Below, in pieces: positions 49,608 through 62,515 of a DNA stretch of 64,000 bases; position 1 is the first letter of the stretch, and the number at the start of each line of letters is the position of its first letter. The stretch is taken from NCBI RefSeq assembly GCF_001194135.2, contig NC_068984.1, positions 98,314,535 through 98,378,534 of the forward strand. The letters are read 5' to 3'. Below the pieces are notes generated by a model. It did not search any database and was not told the DNA's origin. It saw only the letters and a list, made by a program, of their open reading frames with translations. This DNA comes from Octopus bimaculoides (lineage: Eukaryota). Position numbers and translations under genes: made by a program.

Positions 49608-50469
49608 AGTTAGATCCAGCTTACACTTAATAACAATTGTTTGACATTGAATAAGAGTATGGGAAACAGTTTTGTTCCTCTCTACCCATCTCAAGCAGAT
49701 TCAGTTGATGGTAGTTTGTTACCTGTAAAACTTAATTTAAAATTGACACAACTGTTTGGATGCTGATGATTTGGCAAGCCACTGGACATTCAGCCTGTTT
49801 TAGCAACAGAACTTTCTGGTGCTGGAAGCAAGCATACACATAAGCACACATGCATGTGCATGTAGAAATATACACATATAGATAGATGGAGAGAGAGACA
49901 TTAAAATCAATTAGCTAAACACAATTAATACAAACATTTCCCCTCTCCTCAGTCACATTGAGAAATGTACTCACACCTATAAACAGGAGAGAGAGAGGGA
50001 GAGAACAAGAAAAACAAATATGTCTGATGTCAACATTTAAGTCACCATTATACCAGTGACACTGAATATGCGGCACTAAAAAGGCTGTGTGAAAACATCT
50101 GATACTCATCTTGTAGCATTCTCAGACCTTGAATATCTGAGGGGTTATCAATTAACCCTTGTTTCATGGTTGCATAGAAGAAATTTCTTAGCAGGACTCC
50201 ATAGCTAATTACAGGTACAAGAAAGCCCTGAAAGCTGAATTAATAGTTGTTTCTAGAAGGAATGAACAATGCTAATAACTATTATAGTTTCTAACTTTAG
50301 TACAAAGAGGTACCCAAAAGTAACCAGAAACGTTCTCTGTGGGACAAGCCCATTGTAGTTCAGGCTTCCACTGTTAGAAGCCACTTGATGCAACTCCCAG
50401 GCAAAAGTCTGCTGATCAACATCATCAGGTAATATCATACTGCTACATGGTGCATCTTTGTTTTGTAGT

Positions 50470-51090
50470 ACTTCTCCCCTGTTTGTTGATTTTTACGATG
50501 ACTGAAATGAAGAAGCTTCATGCTTCCATGAAATTCTGTTTTCTGCAGGAGAAAATGACAACTGAAACAGTTGTCATGCCTCAAACAGCGTACAAGGATG
50601 CTACCATGATCAAAACACAAGTTTAAGAGTGGTTTTCATGCTTTAGGAATGGTCACTTGTCACTGACCTCTGAACAAATGAAAATATCATGAGAATTCAT
50701 GAACTGATCTTGGAGGACTGTTGCTGAACAATTCATAAACTTGTGTCCTGGAGCTCCTGCTAACGAATTCTGAGCAAGGGTTTGCAAATGAAAAAGAGTT
50801 GTAATAAAATTTGTGCTTCGCTTGCTCATAGAAAATCAAAAGCAATCACAACTGAATGCATGTTGTGAACTGAAAGAACAGTTGAAAATTGATCCAGACC
50901 TTTTTTCTTTGATCATCTCTGGTGACAAAAGCTGGTGCTACAGAATTTGCAGAGGTGGAGGAGGTGAAGAAAAAATGAAGGAGGCATTAAAAGACATCAC
51001 TTTGCAAGAGTTCCAGCACTGCTTTGAACAGTGGAAAATGTATTACTTTAAATGGAGAATACTTTGAAGGTGATAAAAGTGTAAACATGT
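50470..51090 (+). pseudogene. Internally deleted mariner remnant (distinct subfamily)
   Basis: HTH-like KFCF...ETVVM..TAYKDA...KTQV..WF, then IISGDKSW, and a C-terminus ALKDITLQEFQHCFEQWK...GEYFEGD. Confidence 0.75.
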
Positions 51091-51107
51091 AAAACTAAGT
51101 GAATAAG

Positions 51108-51315
51108 ACTGGCCATATCCAACCCAAATATTCTACCTGTTTTTGGTTCAAGTTGGCCAAATCTGGCTTCTCGCATCTACCCTACAATGTCATTTGAAAA
51201 ATATACAATCACATCATCAAAATCTCAAAGCCACAAGATAATACGAGATTAATTCAAAACAATGCGAATAAAAAAGCATCAGATTTGACAAAAAATCTAA
51301 ATGCTAAAGGGTTAA
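51108..51315 (-). mobile_element. TTAA-flanked MITE, second copy
   Basis: Reverse-complement match to 24615-24842; ends aatgctaaagggttaa. Confidence 0.6.
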
Positions 51316-51329
51316 TATATAGTGATGCG

Positions 51330-51640
51330 GGTCAGTAGGAGGATGTAGTGGGAGGGCATAGTGGGAGCTTATTTTGGAAGGATATAGTGTTGGAATATAC
51401 TGGTAGTTTATAGTATGAGGGTATAGTGGGAGTTATACAGTGGGAGGATATATTTGGAGATTTTAGTGGGAAAGTAATGTAGAGGGATATAGTTGAAGAT
51501 TATTATGGGAGATCATAGAACGGTATCCTGAGAGGGTTTAGTGAGAGAATAGTGTGAGAAAATCACAGAATATATAGTGGAAAGTGTAGTGGGAAATTAT
51601 CCTGGAAAGATGACAGACAAAATTATCCTGAATGAGATTT
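51330..51640. repeat. Degenerate atagtgg-based tandem repeat
   Basis: Recurring atagtgg/tagtgggag motifs at irregular ~20-30 bp spacing. Confidence 0.6.
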
Positions 51641-51754
51641 GAAGATATCACATAAAGAGGCATAAGTAAAAAAAGACAAAAGTATTTACTCTTTCCACCA
51701 ATTCTATAGTAAAATAATAATAATTTTTAAGATAGACTTCAAAACTTAGTATCT

Positions 51755-51990
51755 ATCTTCAGGCTATGATCATGCCACATCATCATCATGATAATAATGT
51801 ATGAAATGATGGTGATGAAGATGGTAGTGATGGTGTCGTTATTGTTTGTGGTGGTGGAGGTGGTGGTGATGATGAAAGATGGCTGCGTTGGGGCTAAAAG
51901 TAGTGATGATGGATATGATGAAAGATATGATGCTGAGGAGATAATGATGATAAGAAAGACAAGGAAGAGTGGAAGGAAGTGCAGATGATA
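51755..51990. repeat. (GAT/GGT)n-rich low-complexity tract
   Basis: Visible trinucleotide runs; source of the poly-M/H/T ORFs. Confidence 0.8.
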
Positions 51991-52632
51991 AACACAATGA
52001 CATTGTGTCCACAACTGCATCAATTACTACCAGCAAAAACAGAAGCCATAACTGAGAGAGTGAAAGAGAGAAAAAGAGAAAGAAAGAAAGGGGGAGAGAA
52101 GAGGGAAAATGGAAAGAGAGGAGGAGAGAGAGAGAGAAAGTGTAATCTGATCTGAGTTGTCAGCTTTCATATTATTTCCTGTCACTTGTTGCATGTAGAC
52201 ATTAATTAGTGAAGAAAGAGTTAATTAGAACTCTTTCTTAATCTCACATTGAATAATTTCCAATTCTAAGCTGACTCCGAAAGATTTTCACCATTATTAC
52301 CATTGATCAACTTTCCTCTCTGTCTGTTTGTATGTCTGTCAGCCTGTGTCACTTTGTCTGTCTGCCTATCTGTCTGTCTCTTTCTCTCTCTCTCCCTCTT
52401 TCTCTATTTATCTAGCTATCTATTTCTATCTCTACCACGCTCTAACCTCTCTCTATCTTTCTCTCTCCCCCACTCTCTCTCTTTCATTCATCTTCACTCA
52501 ACCACAGAAATAAATGAGAAATTATCTCTTATATAATCCATTTCTTGTGTTGGAAGCTACAAGGAATTCTTGTGGCCTCAATAGTGAGAGCTTTAGAGAT
52601 CAAGCAAGTTGTGCCTGGCTGATCCAGTTTCT

Positions 52633-52871
52633 TATTTCTTTATTGCCCACAAGGGGCCAAACATAAAGGGGACAAACAAGGACAGACAAAGGGATTAAGT
52701 TGATTACATTGACCCCAGTGCGTAACTGGTACTTAATTTATTGACTCCGAAAGGATGAAAGGCAAAGTCGACCTCGGCGGAATTTGAACTCAGAACGTAA
52801 CGGCAGACGAAATATCTCTAAGCATTTCGCCCGGCGTGCTAACGTTTCTGCCAGCTCACTGCCTTACTGAT
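52633..52871 (-). mobile_element. Young full-length family C SINE with 14-bp TSD
   Basis: ctgatccagtttct is duplicated at 52619-52632 and 52872-52885; intact A/B-box-like head (gagctggcagaaacgttagc; gagttcaaattcc); many CpG retained. Confidence 0.9.
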
Positions 52872-53658
52872 CTGATCCAGTTTCTGTTGACCCAAATAGA
52901 CCGATAATACTGGATACTGTGGTATGTAAGACACTGCTGAATATAGTGGCAACCCTGTAGCACTGTATTTAGGTAGTTGTATTAGGTGTTGACAGTGATA
53001 GTACTGTGTGTAGGTAGATACTACAAAGTGTTGCATAGTGTAAGTCACTGATGTTGATACATTGGTATCTGTCTTTATATAGTGGTATCACAGTATATAT
53101 ATTGGTAATGCAGGGTGTTGTGTTGTACAAAATCATTGTTTTAGGCAGTGGGAGCACTGTATGTGGATAAATAATAGTGGATGTTGTAGTGTGTAAATCA
53201 CCACTGAAGCTTGTGATGTGTAAACCCTTGTTCCAGTCAGTGGTAGCACTGTATCTAGGTAGGTAATGCTGGTCATTATGTTGCTTTTTTTTTTTTGCTG
53301 GAGGCAGTAGTAGAACGAATGGTGAGCATTTTGAATTTGCCATCTAATTGATCAACTCTTTTAATTCCTGGTGGAGATTTATTGATAATTGAAAAGAAGC
53401 AACATATCATGTGACTTGGAAATAAATAACCAAGACACTCTGTAAGGATGACGATGATCATCATCATCGTTTAACGTCCATTTTCCGTGCTGGCATGGGT
53501 TCGATGGTTTGACTGAGGTCTGGAAAGCCAGTGGCAGCACAAAGAAGCTCCAATCTGATCTGTCAATATTTCTACAGCTGGGTGCCCTTCCTAACACCAA
53601 CCACTTTGAGAGTGTAGTGGGTGCTTTATCTTCAGTAGTAAGAAAATCATACAAATAT

Positions 53659-54206
53659 CAGAGCCAGTGCTAGGAAGTGCAGGGCTCAAATTACAGAATT
53701 GTCAGTGAGACCCTCTACTCTACAAAAGCTGAAGATTGATTTTTTTCGTATGCCTTGTGTAGTATGCCAGTCCCAGCCAAAAAGCATTTAAAGCTTGAGG
53801 CTCCACATTTAGCCATGATAATACGCTAAAAATTGACAGCTCATATGAAAGTTTTAATGTTTTATTACAAATCAAGATAATTATGGATATACTGTTAGTG
53901 AATCGGCCTTGTGCTTATAGAGATAACTGAGCTGAGCTGATTATAATACCCTGCCTGTCAGATGTTGCCAAGCACTCATTTCACAGAAAATAAATATCGC
54001 AGTTAAATAAGACATTTTTCTAAAGTCACAGGGTAAATCCACTTCTTGCACAAAAAGATAAAAAATGAATCATGTTGATATTTTTGCTTGATACAACAAA
54101 GGGTTTACTTCATCATAGTGTCCTCTGCTTGAGTGTGTGCGTGGGGCCCTAATTTGGTACAGGGCCCACTTTGAACAAATCTGTTCAATTGGCTTAACCA
54201 GCTCTG
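53659..54206. mobile_element. Possible old hAT-like non-autonomous element
   Basis: Ends cagagccagt and (reverse complement) cagagctggt; subterminal ggggccc motifs; candidate TSD matches only 5/8. Confidence 0.4.
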
Positions 54207-54465
54207 ACAACAACATGGGAGAGACAAATAAGCTTTACCTAACAATAGTTAAATAAGGATGTAACCATTTCTAGTTTGATGAAATTAATTCTAATCAATT
54301 AATTCCATACATTTAAAGATAATTGTTGTTGCTATTATGTTTTTTTATTAAGCCCCAGACCAGGCCTGATCCAACAAAAGTATCAATACAGATGTTTCAT
54401 ATGTTTACAGCTGTTTCATAATTCACATTTGGTCACAGCATCAACTCTGGTTTGAAGTTGAATAG

Positions 54466-54538
54466 TATAGCCTCGAGCCAACCAAAGCCTTGTGAGTGGA
54501 TTCGGTAGATGGAAACTGAAAGAAGCCCATCATATATA

Positions 54539-54569
<31 letters not shown>

Positions 54570-54721
54570 TCGTGTGTTTATGTGCCTGTAACTTAGCAGT
54601 TCTGCAAAAGAGACTGATAGAATAAGTACTAGGCTTACAAAGAATAAGTCCTAGGGTCAATTTGCTCGACTAAAGGCTGTGTTCCAGCATGGCCACAGTC
54701 AAATGACTGAAACAAGTAAAA

Positions 54722-54724
<3 letters not shown>
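54466..54724 (+). mobile_element. SINE family B, 5'-truncated
   Basis: tatagcctcgagccaaccaaagccttgtgagtgg..(tg)n..gaataagtactaggcttacaaag..actgaaacaagtaaaaga. Confidence 0.85.
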
Positions 54725-54768
<44 letters not shown>

Positions 54769-55010
54769 CATATAGTTATGTTATGATGTACCATAGAGAA
54801 TTACTTTTCAGAACATATTCTGGACATTACAAAATCTTCTGTAATGTATAAGGCAAAATCCTCTCATTTTATACATGGCTGGTAATTCTTTTAAACAATT
54901 CAGAAATATTTCAGAAGCATCCATTGTACAAGCATGGAAAGAAAAACAATAAGAGACAAAATTTTAAAAACTGTAAAAATATGCTGAGGGTTTCGTTAGG
55001 AAAAATTGTA

Positions 55011-57493
55011 TTGGGCTGCCAACTAAGTTCCTGCCGTTTTTTTAATTTGGGAATTTATTGCGTTTTTAAATTTTGGAATCTATTTTTTTCGAGAATTCAT
55101 CATCATCATCATTGATTAACGTCCACTTTCCATGCTGGCATGGATTGGACGGTTTGACTGGGGACTAGTGAGCAAGATGGCTGCACCAGGCTCCAATCTG
55201 ATCTGGCAGAGTTTCTACAGCTGGATGCCCTTCCTAATGCCAACCACTCCAAGAGTGTAGTGGGTGCTTTTATGTGCCACCCGCACGAGGGCCAGTCGCA
55301 TAGTACTGGCAATGGCAACGCTCAAAAGGTATTTTTACGTGTCACTTGCACAGGAGCCAGTCCAATTGCACTGGCAACGCCCTCGCTTGAATGTTGTTTT
55401 CCATGTACCACTGGCACAAGTGCCAGTAAGGTGACGCTGGTAACGATCACACTCGAATGGTGCTTTTTACATGCCACCGGTACAGGGGCCACACAGTGGC
55501 CCTGGCAATGGTCACGCTTGGATGATGCTCTTAGTGCTCAACTGGCGTGGATGCTAGTCATGCGGTGCTATCATTGAATTTGATTCCGATTTCACTTGCC
55601 TCAACAGGTCTTCACAAGCAGAGTTTAGTGTCCGATGAAAGAAAGGTAGACCTAAGTGGGCTGGTTACACCACTGGCATAGGCCAACAGGTTATGGTCTC
55701 ACTTGGCCTGCTGGGTCTTCTCAAGCACAGCATATTTCCAAAGGTCTTGGTCACTAGTCATTACCTCTGTGAGGCCTAATGTTCGAAGGTTGTGCTTCAC
55801 CACTTTATCCCAGGTTTTCCTGGGTCTACCTCTTCCACAGTTTCCCTCAACCGCTAGGGTGTGACACTTTTTCATACAGCTATCCTCATCCATTTGTACC
55901 ACATGACCATACCAGCACAGTCATCTCTCTTGCACACTACATCTGATGCTTCTTAAATCCAACTTTTCTCTCAAGGAACTTATGCTCTGTCGAGTATGCA
56001 CACTGACATTACACATCCATCAGAGCATACTGGCTTCGTTCCTTGCAAGCTTATGTATGTCCTCAGCAATCACAGCCCATGTTTCACTGCCATGTAGCAT
56101 GGCTGTTCATACATAAGCACCATACAATCTGCCTTTTACTCTGAGCGAGAGGCCCTTTGTCACCAGCAGAGGTAGGAGCTCTCTGAACTTTGCCCAAGCT
56201 ATTCTTATTCTAGCAGCTACACTTTCAGAGCACCCACCCCAATTACTAACTTGGTCACCTAGGTAATGGAAACTATCTACCACTTCTAGTTTTTCTCCCT
56301 GGAACATGGCAGAATTCTATTTTTGAATCATTTTGGAACCTATTTTGTTTTTTGTTTTTTCTAGTTAATTTTTGTTTATTTTCAGATCATTAAAATGGGA
56401 TGTCAAGTTAAGAAAAATGAGCATTTTCGACACCTCCTTCTTTTTGCTTTTAATCAAAGTTCTAAGGCTGCAAAAGCTGCTCGCAACATTTGTGCTGTGT
56501 ATGGATAGGGTGCCATAGCTGAAAGAACCGCTTGTGATTGATATGCCAAGTTCAAAAATGGAAATTTTGACCTCAAAGATGCACCTCATTCTGGCCGTCC
56601 AGTTGAGTTCGATGAAGAGCGATTAAACCAACTTTTGCACGAAAATTCTTGTCAAACGACAAGGAAACTGGCAGAGAAAATGGAATGCTCCCACACTGCT
56701 ATGGGAAAGGTTCAGAAGTGTGGAGCATGGATTTCGCATGCTTGAAGTGACAACAACAAATATCAACGGTCCACAATCTCCGCTGGTTTGCTTGCTCGTC
56801 ACCGCTCATCAACTCATAGACACAAGCAATGATTTCTGTACCGAATTGTTACTGGTGATGAAAAATGGTGCCTGTACATCAATATGAAGCAGCTTAAGGA
56901 ATGGCTTAGTCCCGGTAAACAAGTGACACCCTGCGTGAAACAAGATCTTCATCCGCGTAAAACGATGTTGTGCATATGGTGGGACTGGGAAGGGATTATC
57001 CATTATGAATTGCATGAATGGAACCAAATGGTCAATGCGGAACTCTCTATTCAACAGATGGAACAACTCAACATGGCTATTCAAGAGAAGAGACCTGATC
57101 GGCAACATGGAGTTCTTCTGCTGCACGACAATGCCTGCCCTCATATCACCAATATGACCAAGGAAGCCATTCAAATGCATGGCTGGGAAGTGTTGCCACA
57201 CCCGCCGTACTCTCCTGATTTGGCACCAACGGATTTCCACCTCTTTCGATCTCTTTCAAATACTATGCACAGAGTTTCATTCAATACTGCTGCAGAATTG
57301 AGAGCTTAATTGGATCAATTTTTCGAGTCGAAATCGGGTGATTTCTACCAACGAGGTATTGAAAATCTTGTTGAACGTTGGGAAGAAGTTGTAAACAACA
57401 AGGGTGAATACATTATTGATTAATTAGTTGTTATTTTTTATTAAACCTTTTAAAAAATTCAAAAGAAAGGCAGGAACTTACGTGCCAACCTAA
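55011..57493 (+). mobile_element. Full-length mariner (Mos1-like, DD34D) interrupted by a LINE
   Basis: TIRs ttgggctgccaactaagttcctgcc (55011) and ttaggttggcacgtaagttcctgcc (57493, reverse complement) match at 20/25, each flanked by TA. The transposase at 56396-57422 has KNEHFRHLLLFAFN, HSGRPVEFD, IVTGDEKW, HDNACPH and HPPYSPDLAPTDFHLF, with several stops. Confidence 0.92.
55099..56310 (-). mobile_element. RTE LINE 3' fragment nested in the mariner 5' UTR
   Basis: Tail at 55099; RT end [33 protein letters not shown]; agaattc is duplicated at 55092-55098 and 56311-56317. Confidence 0.92.
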
Positions 57494-59038
57494 TAGTTGG
57501 TCACATGTAGGTTCTCAAACTATCCAATTAACAAAGGTACAAATTGTAGATACACCTTTAAGAAGTCAGTTGCAATCAATTACTTGTACAAAGTTTTAAA
57601 TATGTGCAAATGTATATTTATCAATCAATTTTCTGCAAACACTTACTTATTAAAAATTTTTAAAAAAAAAAGGAAGAAAGAAAGTTAGTTTCCAGCCTTC
57701 TATGGAAGTATATCTGGACAAGCTGAAACGTTACCTTACTTGGAAACAAGTGAATGTTGGTCTGACATGGGAACCTGGGCATAGAAAGTCAGTCACAATG
57801 TATTTCCTCCAAGCATGGAAAAGTGGATGTTGGAATGGTGATGATGAAATATATTCATATTATAGATTTTGGAATGTGAGAATGTTATGGTGAGAATCAT
57901 GACACCCACTGTGAGAATTGATTAGCTGAACTCATATAAGTAGCAGAGTGTTTGACTGAGAGTAAGAAATGACAAATCCCAGGAAGTTGAAAGGTGTCGT
58001 TCGGAGTGTGTGGAGTCGCAAGAAATCGTTGAGAAGTTGTTATAGTTCATTGAGAGTTGTTTTGGATTCGTAACAGATGTTGACAGTGTATTTGGGAATA
58101 TATCAAGTGGAGGCAGTTGGTATCTACTCCGTTCTGTGGTACTATATATCACAGTGTATTAGTGCACGACACTCAGGTGACATATAGAGAAACCATTTTA
58201 TAAACAACCTTACAAGTGTCAAATGAGTCAGAATTCTAAAGAAAGCAAAGGAACTCCCAAATGCAGAATAGCTGTGAAGACAGCTTAGAAAATTTGGTAA
58301 ATACCCTTTTAAAAGAAGGAAAAAAAATGTGGCCAGAAAACCTCTACAGAGAATCAAAGTCTTACTGGCCACTTTTTTCTGTCTTTGAAAATGGTATTTA
58401 CCCAATTATCTAAGTTATCTTCATAGCCATCCAATGTTTGAAAATTCTTTCATATTCACACACACACACACACACATGTGTGTGTGTGTGTGTCACTTCC
58501 AGCAACTTGAATTATACTTTAAAATATTATTATTTTTAGGTAGAGATCAAAAAGATCTTTGAGGTCAGTGTATATCTCCAGTTTCAACATTTTTATGACA
58601 TTGAGAGACAAATCTTTTTCCTACCAACATTTGAGCAGGGCTCAAATGTTGTTATACTTAACACTACTCATGAGAAGTATTAATCTCTGCCTTGCAAAGT
58701 AACCCTGTAACATCTACTTTAAATAATTTGTGATGATTTAAGCACTATGTTCTTGTGAGATGCAAATGACAAAATTAAAAGCTTAGATGAGCTCTGGGTA
58801 TTGTTTATGCTGAAACAACATAATTGCTTGCAAGCAACTATACTATCAGAAGCTTGTTGTTACAACTCCTAGTCATGCTTTTAGATATGACACAAATTAT
58901 TTTGTGCATTAACAATTAAGACATTATAGAGCTAATGAATTATTTCCCAATTGCACAATGTTGATACTGTGCATAAGAGATAGAGATAAATTTTATACAG
59001 ATATTTCCATCTCTCTGCTCACCTCTCTCACTATATAC

Positions 59039-59092
<54 letters not shown>

Positions 59093-59233
59093 ATACACTT
59101 CCATACATACACACACACACATATATACATACATACACAAACATATATATATATGTTAAGTAATTAATAAATTAATTTGTATCTATTTGACCTCTGTTTT
59201 CTAACTCGATAATATATTAATACATATATATAT

Positions 59234-59463
59234 TCTTTTAACTGTTTCAGTCATTTGACTGTGGTCATGCTGGAGCACTGCCTTTACTTGAGCAAATCGA
59301 CCCCAGTACTTATTCTTTGTAAGCCTAGTACTTATTATATCAGTCTCTTTTGCTGAACCGCTAAGTTGCAGGCACATAAACACACCAGCATCGGTTGTCA
59401 AGCGATGTTGGGGGAACAAATACAAACACACCAACACACACACATACATATACATACATACGT

Positions 59464-59516
<53 letters not shown>

Positions 59517-59737
59517 TATACATATATATATATACATATATATACACATGCACACACACACACACATATATATATATATGATGAGCTTCTTTCAGTTTCC
59601 GTCTACCAAATCCGCTTACAAGGCTTTGGTCGGCCTGAGGCTATAGTAGAAGACACTTGCCCAAGGTGCCATGCAGTGGGACTGAACCTGGAACAAGGTG
59701 ACTGGTAAGCAGGCTACTTACCACACAGCCACTCCTG
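59234..59737 (-). mobile_element. SINE family B, full-length with expanded (TA)/(CA) linker
   Basis: Both halves are intact and separated by ~160 bp of microsatellite. Confidence 0.88.
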
Positions 59738-59740
59738 TAT

Positions 59741-60565
59741 NNNNNNNNNNNNNNNNNNNNNNNNNNNNNNNNNNNNNNNNNNNNNNNNNNNNNNNNNNNN
59801 NNNNNNNNNNNNNNNNNNNNNNNNNNNNNNNNNNNNNNNNNNNNNNNNNNNNNNNNNNNNNNNNNNNNNNNNNNNNNNNNNNNNNNNNNNNNNNNNNNNN
59901 NNNNNNNNNNNNNNNNNNNNNNNNNNNNNNNNNNNNNNNNNNNNNNNNNNNNNNNNNNNNNNNNNNNNNNNNNNNNNNNNNNNNNNNNNNNNNNNNNNNN
60001 NNNNNNNNNNNNNNNNNNNNNNNNNNNNNNNNNNNNNNNNNNNNNNNNNNNNNNNNNNNNNNNNNNNNNNNNNNNNNNNNNNNNNNNNNNNNNNNNNNNN
60101 NNNNNNNNNNNNNNNNNNNNNNNNNNNNNNNNNNNNNNNNNNNNNNNNNNNNNNNNNNNNNNNNNNNNNNNNNNNNNNNNNNNNNNNNNNNNNNNNNNNN
60201 NNNNNNNNNNNNNNNNNNNNNNNNNNNNNNNNNNNNNNNNNNNNNNNNNNNNNNNNNNNNNNNNNNNNNNNNNNNNNNNNNNNNNNNNNNNNNNNNNNNN
60301 NNNNNNNNNNNNNNNNNNNNNNNNNNNNNNNNNNNNNNNNNNNNNNNNNNNNNNNNNNNNNNNNNNNNNNNNNNNNNNNNNNNNNNNNNNNNNNNNNNNN
60401 NNNNNNNNNNNNNNNNNNNNNNNNNNNNNNNNNNNNNNNNNNNNNNNNNNNNNNNNNNNNNNNNNNNNNNNNNNNNNNNNNNNNNNNNNNNNNNNNNNNN
60501 NNNNNNNNNNNNNNNNNNNNNNNNNNNNNNNNNNNNNNNNNNNNNNNNNNNNNNNNNNNNNNNNN
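59741..60565. other. Assembly gap (825 N)
   Basis: Run of N. Confidence 1.
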
Positions 60566-61462
60566 ATGCTCCGATGGATGTGTAATGTCAGTGTGCATAC
60601 TAGACAGAGTGTTAATACCTTGAGAGAAAAGTTGAATTTACGAAGCATCAGTTGTGGTGTGCAAGAAAGACGATTGCGCTGGTATGGTCATGTAGCAAGA
60701 ATGGATGAGGATAGCTGTGTGAAAAAGTGCCACAACCTAGCAGTGGAGTGAACCTGTGGAAGAGGTAGGCCCGGGAAAACCTGGGATGAGGTGGTGAGGC
60801 ACGACCATCGAACATTGGGCCTCACCGAGGTGATGACTTCTGACCGAGACCTTTGGAAATATGCTGTGCGTGAGAAGATCAGGCAAGCCAAGTGAGACCT
60901 AAATCGAAGGCTTCAGGCAGCCCACTTATACGTACCTTCCTTCATTGGACACTAAACTCTGCTTGTGAAGACCTGTTGAGGCAAGTGAAATCGAAATTGT
61001 ACTAAATTCTACGACTGGCACCCATGCCAACGTCATCTCCTTCATTGGAAATGAAACTTGGCTTGCGAAGACTTATTGGGGCAAGTGAAAGCGAAACCGT
61101 CAATGGCACCTGTGCCCAGCATTGCCTTCCTAGCACTTGTGCCAGATGGCACGTGTAAAGACATTCGAGCGAGATCGTTGCCAGTGCTGCCAAACTGGTT
61201 CCTGTGCAGGTGGCACATAAAATACACCATTTTGAGCGTGGCCATTGCCAGTACCGCCTGACTGGCCTTCGTGCCGGTGGCACGTAAAAGCACCTACTAC
61301 ACTCTCAGAGTAGTTGGCGTTAGGAAGGGCATCCAGCTGTAGAAACTCTGCCAAATCAGATTGGAGCCTGGTGTAGCCATCTGGTTTCACCAGTCCTCAA
61401 TCAAATCATCCAACCCATGCTAGCATGGAAAGCAGACGTTAAACGACGATGATGATGATGAC
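60566..61462 (+). mobile_element. RTE LINE 3' portion (5' part hidden in the gap)
   Basis: [38 protein letters not shown] 3' UTR and gacgttaaac(gac/gat)n tail. Confidence 0.92.
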
Positions 61463-61881
61463 GACACACGCATATCATTGTGATACCTTATCATAACTGG
61501 ATGGAATGAGCCATTATATTTGCTTTCTTTTTATTTGATTATTTTATAATATTTTGTGAACAATAGGATCAATATGGTTCTAACTAGCTAATCGCTTTTT
61601 GGCTGCATTTACAAAGGTAAAAGTGACAACTGAATGTTGAGTGTTTGTACAATTCGGGTGGAACAAATACTACTTATTATTTTTGCTAAGAAGGACTTAT
61701 TGATTGGCTATTTTGCCAAATTCTTAAAATACATCAGTGAAAAATATTCACATGTGTACATACACAAACGTGCATACATGTATTCATATATATTGGTTCA
61801 TGTGCATTTACTGAGACCTTTATTCTGTTGCTGTTCACTATTTCTATGCATATTACAACACTTATTTTGATTATGTATCTT

Positions 61882-61921
<40 letters not shown>

Positions 61922-62515
61922 TGCGTGTGTGTGTGTGCGTGTGTCTAAATAGAAAGAGAGAGAGTGAGAGAATAAATTGCAGAGAAATGTAAATCTCAGA
62001 TATATCAGAATTTAATTACTTTCAACATCTGTTTCATTAAAGATAAGCATAATTAATTCTTTTATTACATAATTGAGGAGCTAAGTAATTAAGTAATAAC
62101 ATAACTGATGTACTAAAATTATTTATCTTGTTTGAATTGCATAGAAACTTTCCAAAACTTGTGGTTGGTCTGTATCATGATGAATCCCTCTTCACTACTA
62201 GTTATTATTCTCTATCTTAATCAGAAAGATTTATGTAAATCCCTACATAAATCTTTTAAAAATTATATTTATCTATTACCTTTGAGAAGGGTACTAAAAT
62301 TGTAAATTTTCTTGATGTGGTCCTTAATTTTAATTCTGGTTTTTATGACCTTTTACATAAATCAAAATAACTCAACATTATATAAATGAAATATCCAATA
62401 ATCATAGATCCATAATAAATAATTTAGTTAAAAATATAACAATTAGAATTTCCAACAACAATAACTGTTTGTTGTAGCCAAGGCTGTAATAAAGATAATA
62501 TTAGCAATATTGGTA

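Noticed and set aside
57880-58165. Possible solo LTR (TATA-like motif, TG...CA candidates)
   Set aside because: There is no second copy, TSD, primer-binding site or polypurine tract to define boundaries.
58940-59646. ORFs rich in YIYI, HTHT or CVCV (also ERER/LSLS at 6240-6649 and poly-M/H at 51739-52036)
   Set aside because: They are translations of microsatellites.
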